From: an uncultured Gammaproteobacteria bacterium
GTDB taxonomy: Bacteria > Pseudomonadota > Gammaproteobacteria > CAZYIF01
Length of the DNA: 64,000 bases
Direction: 5' to 3'
NCBI GenBank assembly: GCA_964646995.1
Contig: CAZYIF010000010.1
Location: 4,133 to 68,132, forward strand
Below are positions 61,939-64,000 of the stretch, piece after piece. How positions within the stretch are numbered: the stretch's first letter is position 1; the number at the start of each line of letters is the position of its first letter. A program made the position numbers and the translations under genes. A model generated the notes under the pieces. The model was given only the letters and a program-made list of their open reading frames with translations, made no database searches and was not told the DNA's origin.

Positions 61939-62979
61939 TTAATTGTTGGGGTAGTCGTCCGCTGCTTCATCATCGATGTGATTCAGATAGTGTTGTACGG
62001 CCGTGCACAGTTCACTGGTGCCCTGGCCTGTTATTGCAGAAATGCAGAACACCTTATCTAGCCAGCCTAATTTATCGGTAATGAGACGACAGGCGGAATC
62101 TACCTCTTCTGCCGGTATGCAATCTATTTTGTTGAACACCAACCACCGTGGTTTCTGCACCAGCGTTGCATCAAACTGCGCTAATTCATTGACAATTAAT
62201 TGGATTTGTTCGGTGACGTCACTGCCGTCAAGTGGTGCTATTTCTACGATATGCAGCAACAAACGCGTTCTGGCTAAGTGCTTGAGAAAACGCACCCCCA
62301 ACCCTGCACCTTCTGCGGCACCCGAAATTAAACCGGGAATGTCGGCCATCACAAAACTTTGTTCGTAGTTGCTGCGGATCACACCCAAGCAAGGATACAG
62401 TGTCGTAAACGGATAGTCGGCTACCTTGGGGGTTGCAGCAGACACTGTACGCAGCAGAGTCGATTTGCCGGCGTTGGGCAGGCCTAACAAGCCTACATCC
62501 GCAAGCAGGCGCAGTTCTAGGCGCAGTTTGCGTGCTTCTCCTGCGCTGCCGCGCGAGGTTTGTCGTGGTGCGCGGTTGACGCTGCTTTTGTAGCGTGCGT
62601 TACCTAAACCATGGTAGCCACCGCGTGCGACTAAGAGACGGTCGCCGGGATGAAGTAAGTCGCCTATGCACTCCTGGGTTGCCTCGTCATAAACGACAGT
62701 GCCGATAGGTACTGCAATGGTGCAGTCTTCCCCGGCTTTGCCCGTGCGTTGCTTACCCATGCCGTTTTCACCACGGACGGCGTGATATAAGCGGCGATAA
62801 CGGAAGTCGATCAGGGTATTGAGATTTTTATTGGCTTGCAGATAAACGCTGCCACCATCACCGCCGTCGCCGCCGTCGGGTCCGCCTCTAGGAACGAACT
62901 TTTCACGGTGAAAGCTAAGACCGCCGTCACCGCCATTGCCTGCGGTGACTTGAATGACTGCTTCATCAACAAATTTCAT
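61939..62979 (-). CDS. obgE: GTPase ObgE/CgtA
   Basis: 346 aa. Gly-rich Obg fold [41 protein letters not shown] domain [15 protein letters not shown]. Confidence 0.95.
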   Translation of the reverse strand: MKFVDEAVIQVTAGNGGDGGLSFHREKFVPRGGPDGGDGGDGGSVYLQANKNLNTLIDFRYRRLYHAVRGENGMGKQRTGKAGEDCTIAVPIGTVVYDEATQECIGDLLHPGDRLLVARGGYHGLGNARYKSSVNRAPRQTSRGSAGEARKLRLELRLLADVGLLGLPNAGKSTLLRTVSAATPKVADYPFTTLYPCLGVIRSNYEQSFVMADIPGLISGAAEGAGLGVRFLKHLARTRLLLHIVEIAPLDGSDVTEQIQLIVNELAQFDATLVQKPRWLVFNKIDCIPAEEVDSACRLITDKLGWLDKVFCISAITGQGTSELCTAVQHYLNHIDDEAADDYPNN

Positions 62980-63009
62980 AGTGCATTACTACATACAAAC
63001 AGCGGGCTA

Positions 63010-63297
63010 TTACGCAGTTGCATTGTCCTCTTCGGGCAAGGTCATCGGTTCTATGTTGACATAACGGCGTTGGTGTAAGCCTTTGACATTAAACACGACG
63101 CGGCCATGTACTTTGGCAAATAGCGTGTAATCTGTGCCACAACCTACGTTAACGCCAGGATAATATTGGGTGCCACGTTGTCTAACCAAGATGCTGCCCG
63201 CGGTGACAACTTCGCCGCCGTATTTTTTAATGCCTAAGCGTTTCGATTCTGAATCGCGTCCGTTGCGCGTGCTACCGCCTGCTTTCTTGTGTGCCAT
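63010..63297 (-). CDS. rpmA: 50S ribosomal protein L27
   Basis: [29 protein letters not shown]... About 10 aa longer at the C-terminus than E. coli L27. Confidence 0.93.
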   Translation of the reverse strand: MAHKKAGGSTRNGRDSESKRLGIKKYGGEVVTAGSILVRQRGTQYYPGVNVGCGTDYTLFAKVHGRVVFNVKGLHQRRYVNIEPMTLPEEDNATA

Positions 63298-63312
63298 GAG
63301 CTTGCTGCTCCT

Positions 63313-63624
63313 TTAATGTTGTATGCCGCTAATTTTAATTTCCGTGAAGGCTTGTCTGTGCCCTTGGGTACGCAAGTAATTTTTACGGCGTTTGAATTTG
63401 ATCACATGGATTTTCTTGTGTTTGCCATGGCGTACGACTTCTGCCGTGACCTTGCCGTGCGGTACGTGTGGTGCACCGATATGGAGATTTTCCCCATCGG
63501 CAACCAACAATACCTCAGCAAATTCAACTGTTGCACCGGGTTCAACGGCGAGGCTTTCTACTTTTAGTACCTGCCCTGGACTTACCCTGTATTGCTTACC
63601 ACCTGTTTTGATTACCGCGTACAT
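63313..63624 (-). CDS. rplU: 50S ribosomal protein L21
   Basis: [23 protein letters not shown]... 103 aa. Upstream of rpmA and obgE, as is canonical. Confidence 0.93.
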   Translation of the reverse strand: MYAVIKTGGKQYRVSPGQVLKVESLAVEPGATVEFAEVLLVADGENLHIGAPHVPHGKVTAEVVRHGKHKKIHVIKFKRRKNYLRTQGHRQAFTEIKISGIQH

Positions 63625-63805
63625 AAATAACTTCTACTCCTAACAAAGAGGAACAAACTCACCTTAGCAGTTGATAGATTATGGCTACATCCAATCAACC
63701 CAGTGTACGCGCCGAGAAAGCATGTACACCCAGTAAATTTTAGTTCAAACAAAAGTGACGCATTATATGCCATGGATTAATGACTGGCAAGTGGGTGTAG
63801 GTAAA

Positions 63806-64000
63806 TTACGACAACCAGCCGCGTTCAGCGAAAGAAGAGCAACAATTATCGCCCACAATGACGTGATCCAGTAGGCGTATATCCACGAGAGCGAGCACGT
63901 GTTGCAAGTGCTTGGTCAATTCTCTGTCGGCTAGGCTAGGTTCTGTCACTCCAGAGGGATGGTTGTGTGCCAGGATGAGCGCGGCTGCGTTGTGCTGTAA
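63806..64000 (-). CDS. radC: RadC/UPF0758 family JAMM-motif protein, 5'-truncated by window edge
   Basis: My hand reverse translation of the window end gives ...[57 protein letters not shown]. This carries the HNHPSG JAMM signature and the canonical RadC C-terminus. The stop is at 63806..63808. Confidence 0.75.
   Translation of the reverse strand, partial: LQHNAAALILAHNHPSGVTEPSLADRELTKHLQHVLALVDIRLLDHVIVGDNCCSSFAERGWLS

Overview
This is a chromosomal replication-origin neighbourhood of a gammaproteobacterium. Gene content and order resemble Legionellales/Pseudomonas-like genomes, but I cannot assign the organism. The core housekeeping genes are unambiguous. dnaA-dnaN-recF-gyrB lie on the minus strand and rpmH-rnpA-yidD-yidC-mnmE on the plus strand, flanking a 450-bp AT-rich spacer that carries DnaA boxes and is the putative oriC. 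The mnmG-rsmG pair is present. So is the complete F1Fo ATP synthase operon atpIBEFHAGDC, followed by glmU. lptD-surA-pdxA-rsmA are present. polA, type-II thrB, gap, tkt, prlC, pckA, dsbB, ruvX, yqgE, fmt-rsmB, obgE, rpmA-rplU, rpsT and a partial radC are also present. Accessory genes that look AT-richer by eye are interspersed with this core: a large multi-pass membrane protein, an RNI-like leucine-rich-repeat protein, several orphan hypotheticals, a methyltransferase/D-Ala-D-Ala-ligase-like fusion, and a RimK-like ATP-grasp cluster. A previously unrecognised family of intergenic palindrome-containing repeats is also present. Its copies comprise a 2 x 150-bp tandem array in the fmt/permease divergent region, a copy in the yqgE/pckA divergent region and an inverted copy downstream of the large membrane-protein gene, with a related partial fragment in the mnmG/methyltransferase-ligase spacer. 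I found no rRNA, tRNA, CRISPR, transposase or prophage genes. Coordinates follow the supplied ORF track, with starts re-evaluated where I could align to well-known protein N-termini. The track appears to use ATG, GTG and TTG starts, so several of its ORFs are 5'-overextended.
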